Shown piece by piece: positions 1-8,080 of a DNA stretch of 64,000 nucleotides. Numbering within the stretch: position 1 is the stretch's first letter; every line of letters begins with the position of its first letter. Source of the stretch: a virus (Duplodnaviria > Caudoviricetes); IMG/VR virus record IMGVR_UViG_3300017963_000189, one strand, 5' to 3'. A program made the translations under genes and the position numbers. Under the pieces are notes generated by a model, which did no database searches, was not told the DNA's origin, and saw nothing but the letters and a program-made list of their open reading frames with translations.

Positions 1-70
1 GGGAAGTAGGATTTTCACCCACAACTCCACCCGACTAAAGGCAGTATTTTGTATTTTAAACTATTCCCAT
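1..70 (-). tRNA. tRNA-like element, anticodon unresolved, 3' end cut by window edge
   Basis: Minus strand reads GGGAA-TA-GTTT..AAAT (D arm), CTGCC-TTTAGTC(G)-GGTGG, T arm GTGGG-TGAAAAT-CCTAC, then TTCCC. D loop lacks GG and the anticodon loop is atypical. Confidence 0.5.
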
Positions 71-118
71 ATGTAAATTTTATGTCAAAGAACTTCTATT
101 GTTTCACAACAATACTAT

Positions 119-147
119 AATATACTAAATAATTTTTATCTTGTCAA
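119..147 (-). promoter_or_regulatory. sigma70-type promoter (repeat family)
   Basis: AAAACAG-TTGACA-N17-TATATT. Confidence 0.8.
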
Positions 148-175
148 CTGTTTTTTTACTTTTTTTTAACTTTTT

Positions 176-301
176 TTATTCACCAAAAATCCAACTAAAT
201 AAGGCAAAAAATCCAAACACCTTCAATACCGCAAATAACAACCCTAATGTTACTACCAACATAATAACTCCAAGTATTCCAGCTATCCAATCAAAAACCA
301 T
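176..301 (-). CDS. small membrane protein (start revised to MVFDW)
   Basis: Hydrophobic 41 aa; GAAAGG SD; the longer ORF-track start runs through the promoter at 332-360. Confidence 0.55.
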   Translation of the reverse strand: MVFDWIAGILGVIMLVVTLGLLFAVLKVFGFFALFSWIFGE

Positions 302-331
302 TACTTTTCCTTTCTCAATTTTGTATACTAC

Positions 332-360
332 AATATACAAAATATTAGCATACTTGTCAA
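332..360 (-). promoter_or_regulatory. sigma70-type promoter (repeat family)
   Basis: CAGAAAACAG-TTGACA-N17-TATATT. Confidence 0.8.
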
Positions 361-444
361 CTGTTTTCTGGTTTTTTTTCAAAAAAAAAACCCGAACTAC
401 TTTCATAATTCGGGCTTTATATATTCTTTATGAAAGTAGTTTTC

Positions 445-660
445 TTATGGCGCTCCTGCTGTTGGTTGTTCATTATTATGATCATCAGCTTTACGGTTGG
501 CTTTTACCCAATAAATAAAATAGCCAACACCTAAGAGCATAGTAATCCCACCAACGGTACCGGGAGCGGCAAAACCGAGGGCGTTTACCAATAACGCTAA
601 GGCTAACGGTATAATAAATACCGCTAATAATAATCGTATAATAAGTTGTGATTTTTTCAT
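445..660 (-). CDS. hypothetical membrane protein (2 TM)
   Basis: Two hydrophobic segments; ATATTTATA motif upstream. Confidence 0.6.
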   Translation of the reverse strand: MKKSQLIIRLLLAVFIIPLALALLVNALGFAAPGTVGGITMLLGVGYFIYWVKANRKADDHNNEQPTAGAP

Positions 661-761
661 TGTTCCTACTTTCTTTTGTTATCTAATATAAATATAAACT
701 AAATTTCATTCCATGTTATATATCTTTATACTCGTATATAAATATAAAGTTCCAAAATTTT

Positions 762-974
762 TCACTTTTTTTTAAGTTTTTTACATTCACATTCGTATAC
801 TTCCATACCACTCCAGCCAGCCCATATCTCTCCGGTATCTTTACATCTATCACAATCATATTCTCTTAAAAGTTCCCTTGACTTCTTTACATGATATTTG
901 GTTAAACACCACATCCCAAATGCCGTTAAAAAACCAATAAGACATACAATTATTACTCCCTCAGGATTTTCCAT
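762..974 (-). CDS. hypothetical protein (TM plus CxxC)
   Basis: Tiles with neighbours; CDRC...CECK. Confidence 0.55.
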   Translation of the reverse strand: MENPEGVIIVCLIGFLTAFGMWCLTKYHVKKSRELLREYDCDRCKDTGEIWAGWSGMEVYECECKKLKKK

Positions 975-1197
975 TCTCTTGTTCCCTTATAGTATATTCT
1001 TCCACTTCTTTCTCAAATAACGCCAGTTCCTCGGCTTCCATGTCATATACACTCTTTCGTTTTGGAAGATTCGGGCCCGCCATTATCTCTCTCATAAGTT
1101 CTAAATATCTCAACCTACCTATAAAACGATCAGCTTTCGCCATGTCGTTGGCTAAACCGTCACTCATTTTACAATTACATTTTACACATCTACACAT
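961..1197 (-). CDS. hypothetical protein
   Basis: Overlapping tiling with both neighbours. Confidence 0.55.
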   Translation of the reverse strand: MCRCVKCNCKMSDGLANDMAKADRFIGRLRYLELMREIMAGPNLPKRKSVYDMEAEELALFEKEVEEYTIREQENGKS

Positions 1198-2344
1198 TTT
1201 GTATCTCCTTTATCTTTTCTATTACCATGTCACCGGAAATCCTTTTGGTACACTCAAATTGTCTACCACTGTCTTTGTGATACGGACACCAATTCCAATC
1301 ACCTTTATCAAATTCTACAAATGTGTCCACAAAACATCCCGTACATACCATACCATCATCTTTTTGAACATAATAATTGTTTTCTTTGAACTCAAACCAT
1401 GACTTTGAAAACCCACTAATCATTATCACTTTCTTTTTCAAGGCCCACGCTAACCAAGATAATCCTGATGTCAAACCTATAAAAAATATACAACGATTTA
1501 TTATGTCAATCACGTCTTGTATAGGTTTATCTTTTATCACCGTTACATTATCTAAGTCACATCCCTCTTTTGAAATTGATACCACTTCATAACCTTGATC
1601 TACTAAATAATCTACCACTTGTCGCCAACCATCAGGATTGTTCCAATACTTTGCTTGAGCGGTTGAATGTGTCGCTATACAAACATATGGTTTCTTCGGT
1701 CTTTCCATATTCGAATATGGAATATCTATTTCTGGGCGAATCTCTTTATACTCCAATCCCAACATATCAGTCGCCGTTTGTTGTAAAGGTATGGTTCTCC
1801 AATCCCTTTTATTTTTGAACGGATCATTAGGATTTATTCCGATAACATACATAGCATACAGATCATCCATTTCTACTCCAGGATTTACAAATTTAATTTT
1901 GGGATACTTACTGACGAAAAGTCCATTCCAGAATGTTGAACATATCACTTCGCATTGATGTTTTTTTCTAAATTCCTCTACATAAGGTATCCATGCTATT
2001 GTATCTCCAAGAGCTTTACTGTCAAGTTGAATATACACTCGTCTATTTTTTGCATTATAATCATGTATAAACAATGGTTTCTTATTTTTGAATACTCTTA
2101 TTTGATAATTGATAAACCATTTGAAATCTTCTTTTATCCAATGATTTATTTTTATTGTATCATGTTTTACTATTTCATTGTTTCTATCTTTATCTAATAA
2201 AAGTATATCGTAATCATTGTTATTCTTTTCGCCGAGAATCTCTACAAATGGTTGTCCTACAAAATGAAAATTCATCCTCTCTCTCATTTCATTCGTACCA
2301 CGTCTCTTACTATTCTCGTATATGTCTATAAGTCTCTCTTTCAT
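1190..2344 (-). CDS. autotransporter strand-loop-strand O-heptosyltransferase-like glycosyltransferase (GT-B)
   Basis: RVYIQLDSKALGDTIAWIPYVEEFRKKH, IATHSTAQAKYWNN, FFIGLTSGLSWLAWA match the Aah/TibC-like family. Confidence 0.75.
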   Translation of the reverse strand: MKERLIDIYENSKRRGTNEMRERMNFHFVGQPFVEILGEKNNNDYDILLLDKDRNNEIVKHDTIKINHWIKEDFKWFINYQIRVFKNKKPLFIHDYNAKNRRVYIQLDSKALGDTIAWIPYVEEFRKKHQCEVICSTFWNGLFVSKYPKIKFVNPGVEMDDLYAMYVIGINPNDPFKNKRDWRTIPLQQTATDMLGLEYKEIRPEIDIPYSNMERPKKPYVCIATHSTAQAKYWNNPDGWRQVVDYLVDQGYEVVSISKEGCDLDNVTVIKDKPIQDVIDIINRCIFFIGLTSGLSWLAWALKKKVIMISGFSKSWFEFKENNYYVQKDDGMVCTGCFVDTFVEFDKGDWNWCPYHKDSGRQFECTKRISGDMVIEKIKEIQNV

Positions 2345-3286
2345 CCTAATACAACTCGTCTTATATTTATCGCGTCAAATACGGGCTCGCCCGTGAGAAA
2401 ATATACATCGTCATAGTTGGCGAAACGATTATCATAATACTCAAGATTAAATAAAAATAAAGGTTTCTTCCAACTCAAAGCTTCCTTAACAACTAAAGGA
2501 TTACACTCCGCTATATTCGATGGAAATACAACAGCGTCACAGTGTGCGTAGTAATCGTCAACGTTATCTTTTTCGCCATGAATGAAACAATTCAATGGTT
2601 TATCCTCATAAAGGTTTCCAATAATCCTCAAAATTCTTGGCGTAATTTCCAACAAAATCAAATACTATTTTGTCCTTTATATTCTTGTCTAAATAACGCG
2701 CCAGTTCAAACGCATATCCTTGATTCTTATTTGGTGTAAATAACCCTACCACTAAGATATGCTTACAATTTCTCATTATATCTATATAGGGATACGGACG
2801 TTCTTCACCTACTTGTTCTTTTACTTCATATTCCACAATCTCTTTTGGTATATCTATAATGTTATATTGTTTCACTTGATACGGACTTACCATTACAAAT
2901 CTATCAGGATAAAACCTTTTCTTTTGTGGATTAAATTCAACCGTATGTGATGTTTCAAAAATCATAAATCGTCTACTATGATCATAAACGATTTCAGCAA
3001 TTTTATCATCCATAAAAAGTTCAGGTACTTCTTGTAAATGAATAATGTCAGGTTGTATTTGTTCTATATAAGATAATAACACTTCTTTATCATTATCAAG
3101 TGATAAGAAACTATCTCCAAGTAAATCTATTATTTTATTTCGTTGAACCACATAATGATCAGATAACTTTTCATATTCAACAATATAAATATCGTATGTA
3201 TCAACCAAAAGTTCTATTGTTCTCAATAGATATTGAGGCATTCCACCAGTTGAAAGATGTGGAACGATGTACATAACTTTTTTCAT
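2341..3286 (-). pseudogene. GT4 glycosyltransferase split by a frameshift (ORFs 2606-3286 and 2341-2661)
   Basis: N part PHLSTGGMPQYL...VGLFTPNKNQ ends WKPL*; C part in another frame has GEKDNVDDYY...FPSNIAECNPLVVKEALSWKKP. Confidence 0.65.
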
Positions 3287-3609
3287 ACAATCTCTTTCAT
3301 TATTATTTTCGCCCGTTTCGAAGGCTCTTTTGTCATAAATGGAACTGGGCGAGCCGTTGTGTAATCGTACTCGTTACGACCACAAGTTATATCGATTATG
3401 TCACCGGTCTCAGGATTCCTGAGAAACCAATGCGTGCCTTCCTCAATCTCCATACAATAAGGTTTATAACCTTTCTCTTTTCCCTCTAAATGATAATAAA
3501 CTTCACTCGCGGTATAACAATGACCGAATAACGGTCTATCTTTATCCCTATACTTTTTCTTTATAAGTTCAGGATGATTTATAAGTGATTTCTTTATTTC
3601 ATTTATCAA
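3283..3609 (-). CDS. conserved phage hypothetical protein
   Basis: GHCYTASE...THWFL...IIDIT...EPSKRA pattern; ATGA-type overlap. Confidence 0.65.
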   Translation of the reverse strand: MINEIKKSLINHPELIKKKYRDKDRPLFGHCYTASEVYYHLEGKEKGYKPYCMEIEEGTHWFLRNPETGDIIDITCGRNEYDYTTARPVPFMTKEPSKRAKIIMKEIV

Positions 3610-3784
3610 CCGTTACTCCATATGGTTTTTCACGATGGTTAGGAGTTTTCCCTACCATTTGTGGAATATAATTTACTTGTTTATACTCTCTACATCCTTG
3701 ACAATCACCAACTTGTTTTGCTGATACCAACAACCAAATCCTATCTATATCATAATGTGGAGCACATTCGTCACATACTAACAT
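3599..3784 (-). CDS. small Cys-rich hypothetical protein
   Basis: CDEC...CQGC; tiles with neighbour. Confidence 0.5.
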   Translation of the reverse strand: MLVCDECAPHYDIDRIWLLVSAKQVGDCQGCREYKQVNYIPQMVGKTPNHREKPYGVTVDK

Positions 3785-3810
3785 TGTTTTCTCTCGTTTG
3801 GAAATAAATA

Positions 3811-3893
3811 AAAAAGGCTTTACAGGTCAGCCACTCGCATCCCACCGGTTTGTTTCACCCGCCAAAGCCTTGTCCGCTGCGTAAAACCTTTTT
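3811..3893 (-). ncRNA. unassigned structured element / terminator directly 3' of tRNA-Thr
   Basis: Closing stem AAAAAGGTTTTACGCAGC...GCTGACCTGTAAAGCCTTTTT around a GC-rich core. Confidence 0.4.
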
Positions 3894-3894
3894 G

Positions 3895-3966
3895 AGCTCC
3901 CTATCAGAATCGAACTGATAACTTCTACTTACGAGGCAGATATTTTTCCAATTAAACTAAAGGAGC
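3895..3966 (-). tRNA. tRNA-Thr (CGT)
   Basis: GCTCCTT/AGGGAGC acceptor, TCTGC-CT-CGT-AA-GTAGA, T loop TTCGATT. Confidence 0.92.
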
Positions 3967-3968
3967 AT

Positions 3969-4085
3969 AAACGGCAACTAATTTACTTGTCGTGATTTTT
4001 TTCGTATAGGAATTTGCTCACGAAACAAACCCTAAAGAATGAGTTGCCGTTTGAACCTCGCTGTGATAAATCACTAGCGACCGGT
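3969..4085 (-). ncRNA. unassigned structured RNA 5' of tRNA-Thr
   Basis: 11-bp perfect inverted repeat AAACGGCAACT (3969-3979 / 4042-4052) with inner stem, plus hairpin 4055-4085. Confidence 0.4.
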
Positions 4086-4116
4086 CCCGTTATATTTTCG
4101 TTCTTGTCTATAAATA

Positions 4117-4539
4117 TTATACGTCTGAATTTTCAATAAGTTCCGCGGCTCTCTCTAAAAAGAAAATTTTATCTGTTTCAAGATCTGTATATACTCTTGT
4201 CCATGTTGGAGCACGAAATTCACCATCTACATAATCCAAATCAATTTGATCAACCGCATCACTACCAGTTTCCATATCTTCATATGTTTTAGCATATGTT
4301 TCGAACCATAAAATGTTTTCAGGTTTTGTTCCTTTTGGAAATACATCTTCTTGATTAAATAACTTTGTAGCAATCGTTTCACAAGCATTTGTTACACTTG
4401 TTCCGGTATCAGGAACTCCGGGCTCAGTCATTACAACTACACATTTTCCTTTATGTGTATACACTTGAACTATACACCATGAATCATGAATACCATATCC
4501 CTTGTATTCAAATCTAAAGTCTACATAATGTTGTTTCAT
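4117..4539 (-). CDS. hypothetical protein
   Basis: 140-aa ORF tiling with neighbours. Confidence 0.65.
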   Translation of the reverse strand: MKQHYVDFRFEYKGYGIHDSWCIVQVYTHKGKCVVVMTEPGVPDTGTSVTNACETIATKLFNQEDVFPKGTKPENILWFETYAKTYEDMETGSDAVDQIDLDYVDGEFRAPTWTRVYTDLETDKIFFLERAAELIENSDV

Positions 4540-4746
4540 TTACTTACCTTTCCCGGCGACATACCTACCTTTCGCCAATTCCTCTAAATGTTGTTCAATT
4601 TTTATGACCTTTTCCTGAAGCGCGTTTAACTCAACTTGCTTTAGCGCAACAGTTGGTTCAGTTTTTACGGCATTCAATGACCGAATTGCCGATTCAACTA
4701 ATTTTTCAAGATGTGTTTTTGTGTTTATTGGTATTGATGTACTCAT
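4540..4746 (-). CDS. hypothetical coiled-coil protein
   Basis: Tiling ORF. Confidence 0.55.
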   Translation of the reverse strand: MSTSIPINTKTHLEKLVESAIRSLNAVKTEPTVALKQVELNALQEKVIKIEQHLEELAKGRYVAGKGK

Positions 4747-4749
4747 AAC

Positions 4750-4971
4750 TTACTCCTTAAAAATTTCTCTAAGTTCCTTTTTTAAATCTTCTATTTCTTT
4801 TTCTTGTTTCGTCATTCTTTCTATCGCAATTTGTATTGTAGTCATATCCCACGTACCACCATAAACACCATATGTAGTTAAAGTTGTACTCAATTCGTCT
4901 TTCGCCACTCTTAGTTGGCGACGAAGTTCCTTGTAACGTTTACGTCGAGCTAAATAATCAACCAATTTCAC
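4750..4971 (-). CDS. hypothetical protein
   Basis: Tiling ORF. Confidence 0.55.
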   Translation of the reverse strand: MKLVDYLARRKRYKELRRQLRVAKDELSTTLTTYGVYGGTWDMTTIQIAIERMTKQEKEIEDLKKELREIFKE

Positions 4972-5207
4972 TTTTTTCTCCCATCGATTTGTTTTTTGAT
5001 GTCTCTTATTATTTCAATTTCATTTTCAAGAACCTTGATGAACTCATTTAACTCAACTTGAGCCATTGAACGTTCAACTTTACTTCCACCATTCTTTAAT
5101 AAATCTATCAACGTAAGCCCATTGATCTTCCAAAATGATTTCATCTTTGTCGCCCGTAACTTTCGCGCGTCTCGTATCTCATTTCTAATCCAATCAACTC
5201 TCGACAT
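4968..5207 (-). CDS. hypothetical protein
   Basis: Tiling ORF. Confidence 0.55.
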   Translation of the reverse strand: MSRVDWIRNEIRDARKLRATKMKSFWKINGLTLIDLLKNGGSKVERSMAQVELNEFIKVLENEIEIIRDIKKQIDGRKK

Positions 5208-5890
5208 TATAATACCATCGCTTTCTCGTGACCTACTATTATACTTGGATCAACCATTATTTTCATTCCTTTTTCAATTACCGTTCTACAAAATCCCACA
5301 TCCTCACTCGTAAAGTCTGTCATAATAATTCCATTATCTAAAGGTATATCTTCCCATATAGGCTTAAACCAGGGATAACCAACTTTTTCAAATACACCTT
5401 TTCGTACTAACATAAAACCCATACCGGTATAGGCGACTTCAATTAATGTGTCTTTATCATATACTTTTAAATCGTCAACACTCATAAATTTGAATGTACC
5501 ACTTCTTTTAAAAAATTCCAAATCCCAATTTACAACTGTTGCGAAGTGTTTTTGATCTTCCATTCTATATAAACCAGATACTATATCAAGTTGTGGATAA
5601 CCCTCAAGTGTGGCGACTAACTTAAAAAATTGTTCAGGATTCCATACTATATCCGAATCAATCCACATCATGTAATCATAATCTACTTGACCTTGAAAAG
5701 GCTTTTGATCCTTACCTCTTAGATTGTCGCCCCCTAAACACATATTACGGGCATAATAAACAACACTACTATACTTGTTTATAACCTGAAACTCAATGCC
5801 TCGTCTCCATAATTGACCAAGAGTTTCACTCCAAGACATTAAAAACTTGTTCGAATATGTTCTCCCAGGTATTGCTAAAATTATTTTCAT
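5207..5890 (-). CDS. GT2-like glycosyltransferase
   Basis: YARN...YMMWIDSDIV (DxD), GMGFMLV, SEDVGFC, VGHEK. Confidence 0.75.
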   Translation of the reverse strand: MKIILAIPGRTYSNKFLMSWSETLGQLWRRGIEFQVINKYSSVVYYARNMCLGGDNLRGKDQKPFQGQVDYDYMMWIDSDIVWNPEQFFKLVATLEGYPQLDIVSGLYRMEDQKHFATVVNWDLEFFKRSGTFKFMSVDDLKVYDKDTLIEVAYTGMGFMLVRKGVFEKVGYPWFKPIWEDIPLDNGIIMTDFTSEDVGFCRTVIEKGMKIMVDPSIIVGHEKAMVL

Positions 5891-6153
5891 ACATTCACCG
5901 TTTTGTCCACTGATAAATGATATTCACCTTTGATACGATAACTCGGAAATAGACGAACAAAATCAAGTTTGATTTTTTGTTCAACATTATTTATAACAGA
6001 ATCATCTATATATGTTTTGTTTTCTTCCTTTTGATAATATCTTATCACTACAAACCAAGTATCATCTTGTTCCCAATAATGAATAATATCATGTTCAAAA
6101 TTTCCATACCAACTATCAATGGCTCGTTGTACGTCTACATTTTGTAACTTCAT
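5887..6153 (-). CDS. hypothetical protein
   Basis: Tiling ORF. Confidence 0.55.
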   Translation of the reverse strand: MKLQNVDVQRAIDSWYGNFEHDIIHYWEQDDTWFVVIRYYQKEENKTYIDDSVINNVEQKIKLDFVRLFPSYRIKGEYHLSVDKTVNV

Positions 6154-6380
6154 TTCTCTACCTCTTTTTTATATGTCGCCTGACACACTCGACAACGATA
6201 TACAATAGTATAATCAAGATACTGCCCATCGTCGTCCTCTTTAATCTCCAAACACTTCTCCGTATATAAGTGTTCCTCTTTACAATTATGCTCGCCAACA
6301 TATCGGGGACGCGGAACTACATCCACGTGCCCGATTGTTAACCCCAAATCCCTTAATTTCTTGTACTCTTTACTCAACAT
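6150..6380 (-). CDS. hypothetical protein (start probably MLSK)
   Basis: ATG overlaps the PNK stop; CRVC motif. Confidence 0.5.
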   Translation of the reverse strand: MLSKEYKKLRDLGLTIGHVDVVPRPRYVGEHNCKEEHLYTEKCLEIKEDDDGQYLDYTIVYRCRVCQATYKKEVEK

Positions 6381-7431
6381 AAATAACCTTATTGAACTCA
6401 CTCTTTAAAGATTGTTCACCTTTCTTGAATAATTTATATTGTTTACGGATAATTGATTCCGGTACAACTGATCTATCAACTCCATTTTCTATATCCTTGT
6501 TTACTCGTTCTAATGAAGTTTCTACATCAGATTCAAATACAACGGCTATCTTTTGCGCACCATTGAAATCAGCCATAAACTCAACTCTCAACCATTTATT
6601 TACATTGGTAGCATCCAAATACACTTTACCATATCTACGTAACGCGACTTTCATTCTTATTTTCGCGGTTGGCCAAACTTCAGCATTCATAGATTGATCG
6701 GAAACATCACCGGTCAACTCTCTACGAATATCGTCTGGCGAAACAATGTATTTTGGATCAACATTTTTTAAATAACGAGATTTACCTGAACCAGATATTC
6801 CAACCATTACATATACCTTTTTACTGGAATGTCTTTGTTTGAAATATACCCACTTTTCTTTGATAACGTTTTTCAACCTATCAGACCAATCGGATTCTTT
6901 CAAATATAATTGTTTGGATATAACCTTGTCAGCGGTAATAAAATCATCTAAATCGGGATCATCTTGTAACTTCTTGTGACCCGGATTCAAATCCATATGT
7001 TTATCAATCATACGATAAGTTAAATCATAATGTTTGATTCTATTTTTTATAGATTCTAAATACTTTATAGATTCTTTTGGATGTCCAAAAGCATATATAC
7101 GATCATTACCTACATTAGTCTTAGTTCCCTTACCATAATCATGTAAAAAAGCTGCTTCTAACAAATCAGGACGTTTTAATTTCCATACAGCCATTACTAC
7201 ATAATAAGTGTGATAAAAAGCATCAAACTCAGGGTGATGGTTCAAACCTTGTGGAACGCCCTCTAAAGCGTTTACAACCTTAGCGGTAATATCATATTCA
7301 CGTAACGCTCTTTTCCATTCCTCTATATAAGTAGCATTAGTAACAATTCTACGTTGTGGATATTCACGAACAATCGCCCGTGAACATAACCAAGTTTCAA
7401 CCAATATGTTTTTTAAACTTTGTTGTGCCAT
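6370..7431 (-). CDS. HD-domain / polynucleotide kinase fusion (RNA end healing)
   Basis: HHPEFDAFYHT...AAFLHDYGK (CCA-enzyme-like HD domain) followed by P-loop VGISGSGKS, SPDDIR, LDATN. Confidence 0.8.
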   Translation of the reverse strand: MAQQSLKNILVETWLCSRAIVREYPQRRIVTNATYIEEWKRALREYDITAKVVNALEGVPQGLNHHPEFDAFYHTYYVVMAVWKLKRPDLLEAAFLHDYGKGTKTNVGNDRIYAFGHPKESIKYLESIKNRIKHYDLTYRMIDKHMDLNPGHKKLQDDPDLDDFITADKVISKQLYLKESDWSDRLKNVIKEKWVYFKQRHSSKKVYVMVGISGSGKSRYLKNVDPKYIVSPDDIRRELTGDVSDQSMNAEVWPTAKIRMKVALRRYGKVYLDATNVNKWLRVEFMADFNGAQKIAVVFESDVETSLERVNKDIENGVDRSVVPESIIRKQYKLFKKGEQSLKSEFNKVIYVE

Positions 7432-7453
7432 AATAACCTCTTTTCTTACCTAT

Positions 7454-7482
7454 AAGTTACAAAACTTTTTACTAAATGTCAA
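7454..7482 (-). promoter_or_regulatory. sigma70-type promoter (variant)
   Basis: AAAACAC-TTGACA-N17-TAACTT, 23 nt before the PNK start. Confidence 0.55.
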
Positions 7483-8080
7483 GTGTTTTTTTCAATATTT
7501 TTTCCTTTTCTAATACCTTATGTAACGCTTGTAAAATAAACAACTCATACTCTTTTCCTGCTCTCGCATACATATGAGTAATAACATTCTTTGGATCAAA
7601 ACCCTTTCGATATGGGCGATCCTGCGTCATAGCATCATAAACATCAACTATCGCTAATATCTGGGCGAGCCCGTTGAACTCCGTTCCCTTTAAACCATTT
7701 GGATAACCTGTACCATTCAACTTCTCATGATGTTGCTCAACTATCTCAGCTTCAGCATCCATACCAAGTGACCGTAAAATCGTAGCACTGTCTGATGGAT
7801 GTTGTTTGATACTCTCATATTCTTCGCCAGTTAATTTACCGGGTTTAAATAAAATACCCTTTGGTATCTTGATTTTTCCCACATCATGATAATACGCTGC
7901 ACGTGTTACCAGGTTCGCGGTTTTCAAGTCTAAACCCAACTCTTGGGCGACCATCTTAACAATCCTACCAACCCTTAAAGAATGTTTTTGGGTATAATCA
8001 GAGTCCTCTACGGCTTTCAGAAGACTCATTGTGATTAATACCCTTTGATAGTCTATTTCAAATTTAGTGTCCTTTGCCAT
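7472..8080 (-). CDS. HD-GYP cyclic-dinucleotide phosphodiesterase (stand-alone)
   Basis: YTQKHSLRV, YHDVGKIKIP, IKQHP, QHHEKLNGTGYPNGL, DVYDAMTQDRPYR. Confidence 0.9.
   Translation of the reverse strand: MAKDTKFEIDYQRVLITMSLLKAVEDSDYTQKHSLRVGRIVKMVAQELGLDLKTANLVTRAAYYHDVGKIKIPKGILFKPGKLTGEEYESIKQHPSDSATILRSLGMDAEAEIVEQHHEKLNGTGYPNGLKGTEFNGLAQILAIVDVYDAMTQDRPYRKGFDPKNVITHMYARAGKEYELFILQALHKVLEKEKILKKTLDI

Noticed and set aside
3811-3893. FMN riboswitch or SRP RNA resemblance (GGCGGGTGAAA...ACCGG)
   Set aside because: Only a short fragment matches; the FMN second half and the SRP helix-8 CAGG/GNAA/AGCAG arrangement are missing.
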